A stretch of DNA of 64,000 bases from Octopus vulgaris (GCA_951406725.2 OX597822.1:3286001-3350000), one strand, 5' to 3'; positions 1 to 13,035 are shown, numbered from the stretch's first letter. The notes: a model not told the origin generated them from the letters alone. Numbers and translations are program-made.

Positions 1-199
1 TCCCCACAAATTCCAGGCCTTGTACCTATAGCAGTAATAACTGTTACCAATGATTAGGACTATTTATTCCTAGGTTAGTTGGTCACGCTTGGAATCCAAG
101 CGAGAAGCCTAATGACGGATACTTCTTAATAGGATCTTATGGAAAAGATGCTTGAGGAGTCTACCTCCACGACAGTTCTCAGAATGGCAGCTGGAGAAG

Positions 200-425
200 A
201 AGATGGATGTAGCGATAGTTAGCGGTATTGTTAGAGCGTTAGAAAAGATTGCATACATTATTTGTTCCGGGTTTATACGCTTTGCATTGAAATTACGCTG
301 AGATAATCAAATTTGCCTTTTATCATTCCGAGTTTGATAAAATAAGACTTCAATTCAAGTAGTGGAGTCAAATTAGTCGACTAACTCCTCCCTGTAAGAT
401 TGCCGGCTGTGTGCCATTGCTAACG
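200..425 (+). mobile_element. Old, degenerate SINE family A copy
   Basis: Decayed match to the family A core gcctttcatcctttcggggtcgataaaataagtacc (here gccttttatcattccgagtttgataaaataag), followed by the A2-type tail; boundaries approximate. Confidence 0.5.
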
Positions 426-769
426 ACAATTAATACAAACGTCGTGTGACTGAATAAATACCTGAAGCATTTAATTTCGTTCTCCGTCTGATTTAAATCC
501 TTCTAACGGAATGGTATTAATTCTTTCAGGAACGAAAACAATTACTTTAAACATTTGATTCATTCAGCCAAAAATTGGGATTTTGTTTCGATGTGGAAAA
601 AAAAATTGAATAAATAAAAAGAAAGCCTTACTATCTAAAGGAATAAATTTATAAGGTATTAAAATATAGGATTAAGTGCAATATTGCGTTTAGCATCGTA
701 TCTTTAGGTTTTAGATTCAATTATTGTGGGTATTTATCGTCACCATTCATGACATCAGAGTGAAGACTC

Positions 770-910
770 GTTGCCAGGAAGTTACGTGTGTCTGACTCAT
801 GATCACAAGATAAAGAGATCAATTCCTTTAGTGGCCTGTACATTGCATCCTTCAGCAAGTCACTTCATTTCACATTGCTCCAGCCTACACAACTGAAAAT
901 AAGTACCAGA
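770..910 (+). mobile_element. Old CORE-type SINE fragment
   Basis: catccttcagcaagtcacttcatttcacattgctccagc...aaataagtacc resembles the CORE domain (ccttgggcaagtcactt). Confidence 0.45.
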
Positions 911-1246
911 TGAATTCCTATACTGCTCTCTCATCCCCCTCTCTCTCTCTCCCTCTTTCTTTCTTTCTCGCTTTGTCTCCAACTGTCACGTGTTGGATGT
1001 TTGATTGAACAAGTGTTGGGAAGACAGTGAGAGTTTCTACGTCTTGTCGCGACTGCGCAGATGGTAAACGAAATATTCATGGTACACATGTTCTACATTA
1101 CCAGTGCTCACTCGTTCGAGAGAGTCAGCTGACTGCCCTGAACTTGTACTTAACTTCAGTGTCGAAACAGAATTATTACAAGTTGTAGTTGGAGCCACTT
1201 TTCAACTCCCGAACCCTGTTAAATTCTGTACCTAAATCAGAACCCA

Positions 1247-1248
<2 letters not shown>

Positions 1249-1283
<35 letters not shown>

Positions 1284-1301
1284 GCTCAGAGCACTGTTTC
1301 A

Positions 1302-1354
<53 letters not shown>

Positions 1355-1362
1355 TGCTGCTG

Positions 1363-1434
<72 letters not shown>

Positions 1435-1435
1435 G
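1249..1435. repeat. (TA)n and (CTA)n microsatellites
   Basis: Seen directly. Confidence 0.98.
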
Positions 1436-1880
1436 TACCGGTATAATATTCTAGTGCAAATATATCATCGTTACCTGAGCCACTAGGTCCGAGAATGTAT
1501 TTTGAAGTAATGGATGATTACAAGCGTCAGAATATCAGGATAGATAGACGGCTATGTTTGCTTTGACTGTTTATGTTATGATTTCGCCTGCGATAACCCT
1601 CGTGCCAAGTTTTATCGGTCTACTGTATTACCTTAGACAAAGTTGGTGGATTAGAGAGCAGAGAGTTGCTGTGTGGGGCAACGTCTGGTGTTCAGTAACT
1701 ATAAACATATTTGAAATGAGGAATACCTTTCCCTTCTCTATGTACGAGCATCGAACGATGATAGAAACTCAACACTGATCGACGTAGACCTTAAAAAATA
1801 CTGCGATGACGCCGAACGAATGAAATAAGATCAACATACGTCTGATTTTTGTACAAAATGTTAAAAACCTCTTTTGATTC

Positions 1881-2082
1881 TTTCTTATTTGCTTCAGTCA
1901 TCTGAATGTGGCCATGCTGGGGCACCGTCTGTAGTCGAAGGAATCGACTCTAGAACCTATTCTATCGGTGTATTTTGTCGAGTCGTTAAGTTACGGGAAC
2001 GTAAGCACACCAACATCTGTTGTCAAGCGAAGGTGTGGGGACAAACCCAGACACACATACACACACACTCACGCACACACAC

Positions 2083-2153
<71 letters not shown>

Positions 2154-2303
2154 TGATGGGTTTCTTTCAGCCTCCATCTCCCAGATCCACTCACAAGTAG
2201 GCCAGGGGCAATAGTAGAAGACAGTTGCCCAACGCGCCACGAAGTAGGCCTGAACCCAGGCTCATGTGATTGGGAAGCAAGCTTCTTACCACACAGCCAC
2301 ACA
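1881..2303 (-). mobile_element. tRNA-headed CORE SINE, family B, with internal (CA)n/(TA)n
   Basis: Aligns by eye to the full + strand copy at 30064-30495. Confidence 0.85.
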
Positions 2304-2329
2304 TGTAGAAAGTCTTTTACTGCCATAGG

Positions 2330-2518
2330 CAGAAGGCCTGGCATTATGTCGGGACGGGGGCTTGACAAATACGTCGACACCAGTGCGCAACTGGTACTTA
2401 TTTTATTGACCCTCAAAAGAAGAAAGCAAAGTCGACATCGGCGGAATTCGAACTGCGAACGTGAAGACGTAGGAGGTGCTGCGAAGCATTTTGCCCAGCG
2501 TGCCACCTCGCTGCCTTA
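2330..2518 (-). mobile_element. SINE family A (A2 tail)
   Basis: ctggtacttattttattgaccc...aaagcaaagtcgac...ggcggaattcgaact is the reverse complement of the family A body and B box. Confidence 0.8.
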
Positions 2519-2700
2519 TGGACACGCATAAAGCAGGTTTATTATAGTGACATATAACCATACATTAACTGGGTGGTGGTATCTCTTTTATCAATATCGT
2601 AATATACTAGACGAAATCAAGCTCTCAGACATTTAAACCCCAAATAGGTTAGAAATACAGAATGAAATACAAAAGAAAGTTCGTCCGACATTTCACCGCT

Positions 2701-2905
2701 TTACTTTTTTACTTGTTTCAGTTATTTGACTGTGGCCATGCTGAAGCACCGCCTTTTAGTCGAGCAAATCCACTCCAGGACTTATTCTTTGTAAGCCTAG
2801 TACTTACTCTATCGGTCTCTTTTGCCGAACCGCTAAGTTACGGGGACGTAAACACACCAGCATCAGTTGTCAAGCGATGCTGGGGGTACAAACACGGATA
2901 CGCAA

Positions 2906-2936
<31 letters not shown>

Positions 2937-3109
2937 CATCTATACGATGGGCTTCTTTCAGCTTCCGTCTACCAAATCCACTCACAAGGCTTTGGTCGGC
3001 TCGAGGCTATAGTAGAAGACACTTGCCCAAGGTCCCACGCATTGGGACTGAACCCGGAACCATGTGGTTTGTAAGCAAGCTACTTACCACACAGCCACTC
3101 CTACGCCTA
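2701..3109 (-). mobile_element. SINE family B, near full length
   Basis: Minus-strand head with A-box-like TGGCTGTGTGG and B box GGTTCAGTCCC, CORE-like ccttgggcaagtgtctt, internal microsatellite, tail gactgaaacaagtaaa-like. Confidence 0.92.
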
Positions 3110-3226
3110 TTTAGCATACTCTTTCACCTTAACAATACTTTGCAACAGTATAGTTTATTATATCTATATCAGCTGACACAAAACTTGTGGATTGTGGTTA
3201 ACTGGATGGAGTTTCGTAATATCTTT

Positions 3227-3516
3227 ATTTTTTTACTTGTTTCAGTCATTTGACTGCGGCCATGCTGGAGCACCGCCTTTAGTCGAGCAACTCGACTCCG
3301 GGACTTATTCTTTTTGTAAGCCCAGTACTTATTCTATCGTTCTCTTTTTGCCGACGGGCTTCTTTCAGTTTCCGTCTACCAAATCCACTCACAAGGCTTT
3401 GGTCGGCCTGAGGCTATAGTAGAAGACACTAGCCCAAGGTGCCACGCAGTGGGACTGAAACCAGAACCATGTGGTTGGTAAGCAAGCTACTTACCACACA
3501 GCCACTCCTGCGCCTA
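3227..3516 (-). mobile_element. SINE family B, internally deleted, with target-site duplication
   Basis: Flanked by direct repeat gtttcgtaatatcttt (3211-3226 and 3518-3533). Confidence 0.9.
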
Positions 3517-3533
3517 TGTTTCGTAATATCTTT

Positions 3534-3945
3534 TATTTTTTTTACTTGTTTCAGTCATTGGACTGTGGTCAGGCCGCGGAACCATCTTGAAGTGTTTAGT
3601 CTAACAACTCGACCACGGTACTTATTTTTCAGTTTGGTACCTATTTAACAGTTTCTTTTTGCCCAACCGCTAGGTCACCGCAACGTAAACAACCAACACG
3701 ACAGTGAAATGGTGGTTGGGGTACAAAAACAAACACGAAAACACACATAAATATATATATAACTTATATACACATACATATATACGACAGGCTTCTTTCA
3801 GTTTCTGTCTACCAACTCCACTCACAAAGTTTTAATCAGCCTGGGTGTATAGAACAAGACATTTGCCCAAAGGCCCTGGAATGGAACCGAACGTGAAGCC
3901 ATGTTGTTAGGAAGCAAATTTCTAACCACCCAGCACGCTTGCTTA
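3534..3945 (-). mobile_element. Older SINE family B copy
   Basis: Diverged but colinear with the neighbouring B copies. Confidence 0.8.
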
Positions 3946-4121
3946 TATGACTGGTATTTATTCAACCACTGGATTTTGATTTAATTTCATTTCATTTATC
4001 AACTTTTAATGTATTTATTTCATGGAGTTTGGATGAGCGGAAAGAAAAAAATGTAGGTTTGAAAACAGATCACACAGATGCACTGCAAGGTACTTGTGTC
4101 CAACAATGGTGTTTGCAGAAA

Positions 4122-4215
4122 ACCACCACCACCACCACCACCACCACCACCACCACCACCACCACCACTACCACCACCACCACCACCACCACCACCACCA
4201 CCACCACCACCACCA

Positions 4216-4249
<34 letters not shown>

Positions 4250-4596
4250 CAACACCACCACTAATAAACCACCACCACCAACACCACAACCACCACCACC
4301 ACCACCAACACAACCACCAACACCAACATCACCACCACTACCACCACCACCAACACCACCACCACCATCCACTACCACCACCGCCACCACTACCACTACC
4401 ACCACCACCACCACCAACACCGCAACCACCACCCACACCAACACCACAACCACCACCACCACTACCAACACCACCACCACCAACAGCCGCAGCAGCAACA
4501 CCATCACCTAAGGCAGTTGCAATGGTATTTATAAACATACCATTGCCACCCACGAAAATTTATCTCCGACAACTGCTAAAAACTAGCAGTAGCACT

Positions 4597-4629
<33 letters not shown>

Positions 4630-4630
4630 C
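4122..4630. repeat. (CAC/CAA)n and (CAG)n trinucleotide low-complexity tract
   Basis: Seen directly. Confidence 0.97.
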
Positions 4631-4774
4631 ATCGACTGCATACCTCTCCAGTGCACATGTTTGTTTGTTCAAAAATATTTATAAAAGTGCACGGTGACCT
4701 CTCCCTAATTCGTCTTCCGTCTTCCCTTCTTTCTTCTGCATTCACTCCTCCTTCTACCTCTCTTCTTCCTACTC

Positions 4775-5325
4775 CTTCATCATCATCATCATCATCATCA
4801 TCGTCGTCATCATCATCATCATCATCATCATCATCGTCATCATCATCATCGTCATCATAGTCATCTTCTTCTTCTTATTATTATTATCCTTCTTTACCTT
4901 CTTCTCCTTCTTGTTTTTTTTCTTCTTCTTCATCTTCTTCATCTTCATCTTCTTCTTCTTCTTCTTCTCCTTCTCCTTCTTCTTGTTTTTCTTCTTCTTC
5001 TTCTCCTTCTTCTTCTTCTTCTTGTTTTTCTTCTCCTTCTCCTTCTTCTTCTTCTTGTTTTTCTTCTTCTTCTTCTCCTTCTTCTTCTTCTTCTTGTTTT
5101 TCTTCTTCTTCATCTTCTTCTTGTTTTTCTTCTTCTTCATCTTCTTCTTCTTCTTCTTCTTCTTGTTTTTCTTCTTCTTCTTCATCTTCATCTTCATCTT
5201 CATCTTCATCTTCTTCTTCTTCTTCTTCTTCTTCTTCTCTTCTTCTCCTTCTTCTTCTTCTTGTTTTTCTTCTTCTTCTTCTTCTTCTTCTTCTTCTTCT
5301 TGTTTTTCTTCTTCTTCTTCTATTT
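4775..5325. repeat. (TCA)n and (TCT)n tract with recurring tcttgttttt interruptions
   Basis: Seen directly. Confidence 0.97.
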
Positions 5326-5865
5326 CTTCTGTCTTGTTTTCCTTCTCTTCGCCAGCAAACAAAAGTGATAGTTGTGGTGGTGGTAGTAGCAGTAGTAGTA
5401 GTAGCAACAGTAGAGGTTGTTTGAAACAACAATTGTTACAGTAGTACAAGTAGTAGTGGTGGTGGTAGTGGCGGTTGAGGTGGGGCTGCAGCAATCTGCC
5501 TTAAGTCCGCCCTTCATCAGCTTCATTATCATCATTGCAATTATTATTGATTATATATTTTATTTGCATTTGGATGGTTGCCAGGCGTTCACTGCGCTCT
5601 GGCAGCTGGGCCACGTTATCAGTGGGTGGAAAAGTTAACTCTCACATTCTAATGATGTTGTGCAATACGATGGACTGGGATCGATTCTGTGCGTTGACGA
5701 GTACAATTCCAGTAGTATCTTGTAGAGGTATTTCAGGTCACATACTAATAGATAAGTATTTAATAATGCTTACAGTCAGTTTTTCGAAATCAGTAGCAGA
5801 CGTCACTAGAAAAACTCATATATTTGCAAAGCAAGCCTTGCCTTCCATCGTGACCTGGTGGTTAC

Positions 5866-5911
5866 CGCCCGTTGATCAGAGACAATAATCTCGAAACCGC
5901 GGTCCGGTGCG
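5866..5911 (+). ncRNA. Minimal type-I hammerhead-ribozyme-like motif (variant core)
   Basis: Stem I CCG/CGG, core TTGATCA, stem II GAGA-caataa-TCTC, GAAA, palindromic stem III ACCGCGGT, GUC triplet. Confidence 0.6.
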
Positions 5912-6226
5912 TATCACTAAGGCTTACGAGGAAGGGGTGGCTTCCCTTTGCAAATACCTAAAGAGCACAGAAAGTGTGTCTAAAGCCAGCTGGAGACGTC
6001 GATCTCCTGGGGCTAAAAGCTACAGTAACAACCCCACTTTGTGGTTAGCCATATTGAGATGGCTGTTATACTTTACGTTACTAATAGATAATTTGTGGAA
6101 AAAATAATCGTTGGCATGGAAGTGTTACAAGAGGGCATTATTTATTCCAAATTTCCTTCGAAATTAAAACTTAATATCTTAGGAGACGAAGAAAACGTTG
6201 TATTGTGAATTACTGGAGGAATTTAT

Positions 6227-6292
6227 AGGCTGGAAAAAAATAAAAGGCTGGAAAAAAATAAAAGGCTGGAAAAAAATAAAAGGCTGGAAAAT
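6227..6292. repeat. 18-bp tandem repeat (aggctggaaaaaaataaa) x about 3.5
   Basis: Seen directly. Confidence 0.95.
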
Positions 6293-6467
6293 CTTTTGTT
6301 ATAGATCTGTTGTATCAGGACCCTCCTGGGGCTAAAACGGGGGTTTTGCCCTTTGCCTCTCCTGTATATCATATATAATACTCAGGGTATATTTCTCTGG
6401 TACAGTGCATCATATTTGATGCACATCCTCTACAGGATAATTTGGGACTTTTGAAGAGAAAACTTTA

Positions 6468-6941
6468 CCTTGAGTTCAAATTTTGCACAAGGCCAGCAAC
6501 TTTATGGCAGGGGATAAGTTGATCAAATCTGCCCATTTGCTTAACAAATACTTATTTTATCGACCCCAAAAGGATGAACGGCAAATCGATCTCAGCTGAA
6601 TTTGAACTCAGAACCTAAAGGCAGACGAAATGACACTAAGCATTTCGTCCGGCGTGTTAAAAATTTTGCCGTCCCGACAACTTTGGTTTCAAATTTTGGC
6701 ACAAGGCCAGCAATTTCGGGTACCCTGAGTTCAAATTTTTCATAAGGCCAGCAACTTTGTGTCAGGGGATAAGTTGATCAAATCTTCCCCTTTGCTTAAC
6801 AAATATTTATTCTATCGACCCCCGAAAGGATGAAAGACAAAGTCGACCTCGGCTGGAATTGAATTCAGAACATAAAGATAGACGAAATACCACTAAGCAT
6901 TTCGTCCGCTGTGCAAACAAATTTGCCAGCTCGCCCCCTTA
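6468..6941 (-). mobile_element. Tandem pair of SINE family A (A2 tail) copies
   Basis: Two colinear units of about 215 bp starting tgagttcaaatttt...aaggccagcaacttt. Confidence 0.85.
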
Positions 6942-7799
6942 AAGGAAAGATATATATTACTCAGAACGGATGGAGGAAGTGTTGACTAAAAGTCTGAAAA
7001 TATTATGAGCAGGCAAAGGGTGAACAACGTCAATCGAGATATTCTGAACAATAAAATGTATTTTTCCCTTTGGTAAATGGCCTGGTGATAATAGTTAATG
7101 ATATTGATGCCGTTTAACGAAGAGAGTTTTGGTAGTAAACTACTTAGATTTGTATAGAACTTGTCGATGTTTACCCCAGTTCAGCCATGTTGGAGCGGAT
7201 ATATGATTAACCAGTAGACAGTGGGAATGGTTTGAATGAATATGTGCGTGCCAAACGGGCAAAAAAATTTCTTTTTTTCTTACGGGTAAATTTTATAGTT
7301 TTTTGTTCACTTTATATAAGTACAAAAGCTATTAAGATTGTTAGTCTCACGCAAAGGAAAATTTATAGTTTCATTATCAAAACGTGCCGTAAAAAATTCG
7401 CTTTCCTTTGCATCCGACGAGAGCATGATTTCTTATATTATTCGCTATTTTACAAATGTACATCCATTGATGATCAATTGATGATGTCCTTTGTTCTCTA
7501 ATGAAGCATCAGTTGATGATGTCTACCGCTTGAGTTAAAGACATACCACATATGTGCGTCTTTAAAAAATGAGTGATACATTAAATTATAGAGTTTTAGA
7601 CATATTAACTCTAATAAATAAATCTGCGAAGCCCCAACTGGAAGACTTTTGAATATCGCAATTGTTCTTTTAAAGCCTGGAAACCACAAAAGGGAGTCAT
7701 TTTATTTATTTTTTACACTAACCTAAGATATAGAAGCAATTTCGTTTTGCTTTTTCTTTTATTAGAATATAGAAACCTTTTATGTGTGACTTTTTGACC

Positions 7800-7990
7800 G
7801 AAGAGACTATTAGATGTTACACATCGATGGTCACAATACGCTTTGCATCTTTTTAGCCTTCTAATGACGCCACTCCGCTGATTAGGCAAGCAGACCAACA
7901 TTCCCCATTGATCAAAAGGAACAGCGTAAAATGAAGTGTTTTGCTCAAAAACAACGTGCTGCCCGATCTGGGATTGGAACACACGATCTG
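7800..7990 (-). mobile_element. Old SINE with C2-type tail
   Basis: cacatcgatggtcacaatacgc...atgacgccactccgctg matches the C2 tail at 9920-10040. Confidence 0.65.
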
Positions 7991-8394
7991 AATTTTTTCC
8001 AGTTTCTATAATGAGTGAATACATTAGGACAGGTTTATTGATAATTTTAATTGTCTGACTTCAGAAACTAATACCATAATGTTTTATTTTACATGTACTT
8101 CCGGTGCAAAACATATCCGATGCATAAAACAAAAGCAATTTGAACAGAAAAGTGTTTTTAGATAACGGCTTTTGAGAAGACATAAACAACAAACACGCGA
8201 TTATTTGCGGTGACAGAAACTGCAGTCTTTGAAATGGTCGGTAAACGTTGCCTGATATCCTAAAAAAACAGCATTATGACCCCTACTACGTTGTTAGCAC
8301 CCTCGAATGAAAATACATGAAACATTCTGATATTGGTCAGCTTTTGAACCGTTATCTCTTAACATATTTGAAATAAGAATTGCTTATTTCAAAT

Positions 8395-8815
8395 ATGGCC
8401 AGTAACAATAGAGAGATAGGGGTAAGTCGATTACCTTGATCCCAGTTCTCAACTGGTACTTATTTTATCGACCCCGAAAGGATGGAAGGCAAAGTCTACC
8501 TTGGCGGAATTTGAATCCAACGTAAAGGCGGTCGAAATGCTGCTAAGCATTTTGCCCGGTGGGCTCACGGTTCTGTCACCTTACATTTGATATAAATATT
8601 GGTTTGAAATTTTGGCACAAGGCTAGAAGTTTCGAGGAAGGGCTACGTCTGTAACCTCGACCCCAGTGTTCAACTGATACTTATTTTATCGACCCTGAAA
8701 AAAAGAAAGGGAAAGTTGACCTCGGCGGAATTTGAACTTAGAAATTAAAGACTGACGAAATGCCACTTAGTATTTTTGTTCCGGTGAGGGAAAGATCCAT
8801 CCAACTCGCTAACTT
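8395..8815 (-). mobile_element. Two adjacent SINE family A copies
   Basis: Two occurrences of tacttattttatcgaccc...ggcggaatttgaa. Confidence 0.85.
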
Positions 8816-9099
8816 AAAAAACATTTGAAGTAAATATTATCGCTCATTCTTAGTTCGCTCTGGCTAACACAATCACTCAGACGGAATTTTCGCACACATG
8901 TCCACTACGAATTTTTGGAAGATCTGAACGTGTCTGTCTTCTTGTATGACCACAATACTGGAAATATAGTCATCATGGACAAACACATGTTTGCAATCAC
9001 ATTTCCATTTCTAACTATATTATCGATACTAACAATCTTAGGTTATGTAATGATATATGCGGCGGTATTTATACGGGCTGTGTTGAACCGGCTCCGACC

Positions 9100-9500
9100 A
9101 AAGGATTCACTACATCTCTTACAAATGATGGCCACAGCCAATGGTCAGACCCAACATTCTTGCAGGCACTGTAACGCTTTTGCCTCCGGCCCAAAACAAC
9201 ACCTTGCACATTTGTCTAATGCCCCACTGGGAGAGCAAACATGTTGGGCAGTTCGGATGCCGTAGCTGTAATCGTTGTTCGTTGTTGAGGTGCAGAGTTC
9301 ATGTTCGGAGTTTCGATGGAAATAAAAGTTCACTTGAGATCTCCGATCATAGGCATTCACTCTTTGAGATAGTGCAATTCCTTGTCATCGATTAGCGACT
9401 GTTGCACAAGATTCGTTGACCAAGTCACCGCCGATTATCGGAGCAGATGTGGCCTGGGTTTGAAGGCTGGTGATGCTAATACTACAAATCAGTGTACACC
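9100..9500 (-). pseudogene. Possible very decayed Gypsy-type gag remnant
   Basis: Minus-strand peptide CARCCFGPEAKALQC resembles the CWYHxxFGxxAxxC knuckle of Gypsy gag-like proteins; only a short motif. Confidence 0.3.
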
Positions 9501-9919
9501 TGAGAACAGTAGTAGCTAAGAAGTGCTTCCAAACTCTTCAAAACTCTGGAACGCCTGTACCTAGGTCCCGCTACCGTATGCGGTTTAAAGTCTTACTCAT
9601 GACTCATTTTAGACTATATAAAGATACTTCAAGATATCATAAGATATGTTAATCAATTTATAAACTTGTTTTTTTTTTAGGATGACGTCTCATGAATGGA
9701 ATATCTGAGCAGGAAAAAAGGCAACCATCTCCATTTCAATATTCCCGTTGTTAAATTAATTTACACTTAAACACTAAAATCATGCAACGAACAATAACAA
9801 TATTCTAAAACATTGGTATTACGGACGACATTGACAGAGGGAGAATTAGATTTATAGATTTCTTTACAGATATATAGATGTTTTGTTTTTCATATTTAAA
9901 CTACCATAATACAACTATA

Positions 9920-10216
9920 TCACGGAAATCACAGTGATCGACCAGGCTATCAGATGTTGCTATACACCCCTGGTCACAATGCGCTTCGCACTGTTTTAGC
10001 CTCCAAATGACGCCACCCCGCTGGCTAAGCGAGCAGGCCAACAGAAGAAAGAGTAAAAGTTGTGACCAAAGAGTATAGCAGGGTTCGCCACCACCCCCTG
10101 CAGGAGCTTTAGGTGTTTTCGCTCAATAAACACTCACAACACCCGGTCTGGGAATCGAAACCACGATCCTACGACCGTAAGTCCGCTGCACTAACCACTG
10201 GGCAATTGCGCCTCCA
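9920..10216 (-). mobile_element. tRNA-headed SINE family C, C2 tail
   Basis: Head ggaggcgcaat..cccagtggttag..gcagcggact..cggtcgtaggatcg.ggtttcgattccc (A and B boxes); tail ...ctgatagcctggtcgatcactgtga. Confidence 0.9.
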
Positions 10217-10289
10217 CAATACATCTATATATTAAAGTGAATTCATTCTGTCATTAAATCTATTGAACGGCCATTATTATGTCCCTTAA

Positions 10290-10388
10290 CCGAGGTCGAC
10301 TTTGCCTTTCATCGTTTCGGGGTCGATGTAGTGATTGGATCCCTTCGCTCAAATTTCAGGCCTTGTGCCTATAATAGATAGGATCATT
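10290..10388 (+). mobile_element. Partial SINE family A
   Basis: ccgaggtcgactttgcctttcatcgtttcggggtcgat plus A2 tail. Confidence 0.75.
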
Positions 10389-11789
10389 ATGTCACTTAGA
10401 AATAGTTAAATTATAGTGAAACTCATAAATCACATCTTACCGCTTGTTATGTCTTCTCTGCTTATGCGTCATTTATTGCTATTGTTTACAGCAGCAGATG
10501 AGTTACTTCTGTTGTGAAGGCATTTCCGCCCTCGTCTATCAAACCACTGAATGCTTCCAATTTCAGTACCTCTTTGGGCATGCGATTAATTTAGCCGTTC
10601 ACATATTCCGATCCTTCACATTATATTTCCTTAATTTAAACCGTGCCCAGTTAAATCCATTTTCTAATCAAGAATGGTTTTATAGCGATTGCCTATTTCG
10701 TTTCAGATTAATTTTACCATATCAGGAAAATAAATTTTATTTATTTCCAGCTCTATCCTAATCTAGTTTATCTTCTCTAAACCAAACTTGTTTTTAAAGT
10801 TCTCCCAACGTTTTCTATTCTGGATGACGTATGTCTGTGTCTGGTATTAACCGGATACTTCAGTAATAATCATTGTTTATATTAGAATTAATTGAAAACG
10901 TTAACGATATCAAGGTATCGTGTCTTAATCAGATATAGTCGTATTTTATCAGTAGTCCAATTTAATATTCAAGACAAACTTTCTTCCTTCTGGCTATTAC
11001 GATATATCAAATGTATTATAGTCTGCACTTATAAATAATTTGATTTATTTCGTTTAGATGCCACTTTTGCTGAGTAGATTTAGACGTTAGTTGAAATGTT
11101 TACCTATATATCCTAAATCTGGCTTATAGATGTGCTGAAGTGGACTGACAGATCATTCATTTATAGAAATGGAATTAAATTTCAGTAAAAGATTTCAGTG
11201 AGGAGTGTGGAATGAATACGTGTGTTTATGTATAGAGGCAATTGTATTGTAGTTTCAATCTCCGACTAAAGGTAGTTGCTTTCATTTACGACACCCAATC
11301 TTATTGATAAAGACACCAATACAACAATTTTAAATTCCATCTCGTAGAAAATAAAGTTTGCAATATACAAGACCAGTTTTGGTTTGTCAAAATAATTTAC
11401 TACAAACTCTTGTAAAGTAGAAGTCAGCTCTTGGTTAGCTCTCTGTCTTTGTCACATTTCTGGCTTTTGATTAAAGCTTCCTGTTCCACTTGAATTATGC
11501 ACACGTAAACAGACAGACAAACACCCTCACACACACACACATACACACACACACACACACACACGCACACACATTTATATATATATAAGCACACTCATAT
11601 ATATATATATATATATGTGTGTGTGTATGTGTGCATGTATATAGGGAACGTGAAGTGTGCCTTCGAATGTTCCTCTTGGAAAGTGTTCTATCTACCTAAT
11701 AGGCTATTGATTGTTTATAGTTTTCATCTTGTTCGAGACCCACTATTCCCAAAGAAGATATATATAGCTCTTTTGGAGCAGTATATGAA

Positions 11790-11867
<78 letters not shown>

Positions 11868-12415
11868 TGTGTGTGTGTGTGTATTCAAAGTATCTCATTT
11901 TCTTGTTTGCATATAAACAACCACGCATCGATACAGCTTGTATAAAAGTTGTAATTATATAAACTGTTAAAGTAACTGAGTAACAATGAATATTTTTATG
12001 CCCTAATTACCAGAAATAGAGAGCTATGAGCCCATGCTGAGCTGAATGTTTAGAGTATGTGTAAATGGATACCATTTTCTTCCGTCACAAAATATCTGTC
12101 ACGTGATTTTATTGCACATTAAAAACTTGTTGCCATATTAATATATTCCAGTAAACATATTCATGCAACATACATAGATAGTTACATATATACACACATA
12201 TACATTCACCTAAACCGATACAAAATACAAGCACAAACATACTTGGTTATATATATATATGGTTTTGTGTACGGGTATATTGGTAGATATAAATGAATGT
12301 ATATATACACGCACCTATTTATATGCACATGCATATGTCATCTACATTAATTATTACAAACATTCTTGTATACATACAGATTTATGTAGGTATATAGTAA
12401 CTTTCCATATACATA

Positions 12416-13035
12416 CGAGGGAGTGCTGAAAAGCTGCTGGCTTTAAGGGTATCTAAAAGACCTAGTTGGAGGCCCAGACTTCTGAGTGCTTTTACAAGGC
12501 TTAGAAAAACTGAAGGACCATTGTGTTAAGTGTGTGAATCTGAGAGAGGAATTGGATGGAAGCACTCCGTCGGTTACGACGACGAGGGTTCCGGTTGATC
12601 CGAATCAACGGAACAGCCTGTTTGTGAAATTAACGTGTAAGTGGCTGAGCACTCCACAGACACGTGTACCCTTAACGTAGTTCTCGGGGATATTCAGCGT
12701 GACACAGAGAGTGACAAGGCCGGCCCCTTGAAATACAGGCACAACAGAAACAGGAAGTAAGAGTGAGAGAAAGTTGTGGTGAAAGAGTACAGCAGGGATC
12801 ACCACCATCCCCTGCCGGAGCCTCGTGGACCTTTAGGTGTTTTCGCTCAATAAACACTCACAACACCCGGTCTGGGAATCGAAACCGCGATCCTATGACC
12901 GCGAGTCCGCTGCCCTAACCACTGGGCCATTGCGCCTCCACTGAGAGAGGAATATGTTAAAGAAAATCACAATTAGCTAATTCACCTGGATGTCTTTTTT
13001 TTACCCAAAGCCAGGAACCTTTCAGCACCTCCTCG
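12416..13035. mobile_element. Mariner-type non-autonomous element (MITE) interrupted by a SINE
   Basis: TA-flanked TIRs cgagggagtgctgaaaagctgctggcttt / aaagccaggaacctttcagcacctcctcg. Confidence 0.85.
12553..12940 (-). mobile_element. Full-length SINE family C, C1 tail, with 13-bp TSD
   Basis: TSD ctgagagaggaat at 12540-12552 and 12941-12953; A box TGGCCCAGTGG and B box GGTTTCGATTCC on the minus strand. Confidence 0.95.

Noticed and set aside
4029-5494. Long poly-T/P/H and poly-E/K ORFs (mucin-like or acidic-protein-like)
   Set aside because: Open in several frames on both strands purely because of trinucleotide repeats; no complex coding context or splice evidence
8915-9265. 116-aa plus-strand ORF with a hydrophobic stretch
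   Set aside because: No recognisable domain, non-ATG start, and it overlaps a possible retroelement remnant on the other strand
12860-12940. tRNA-like sequence (also at 55733-55805 and other SINE heads)
   Set aside because: Has A and B boxes but no proper cloverleaf, and always continues into a SINE body; not a tRNA gene
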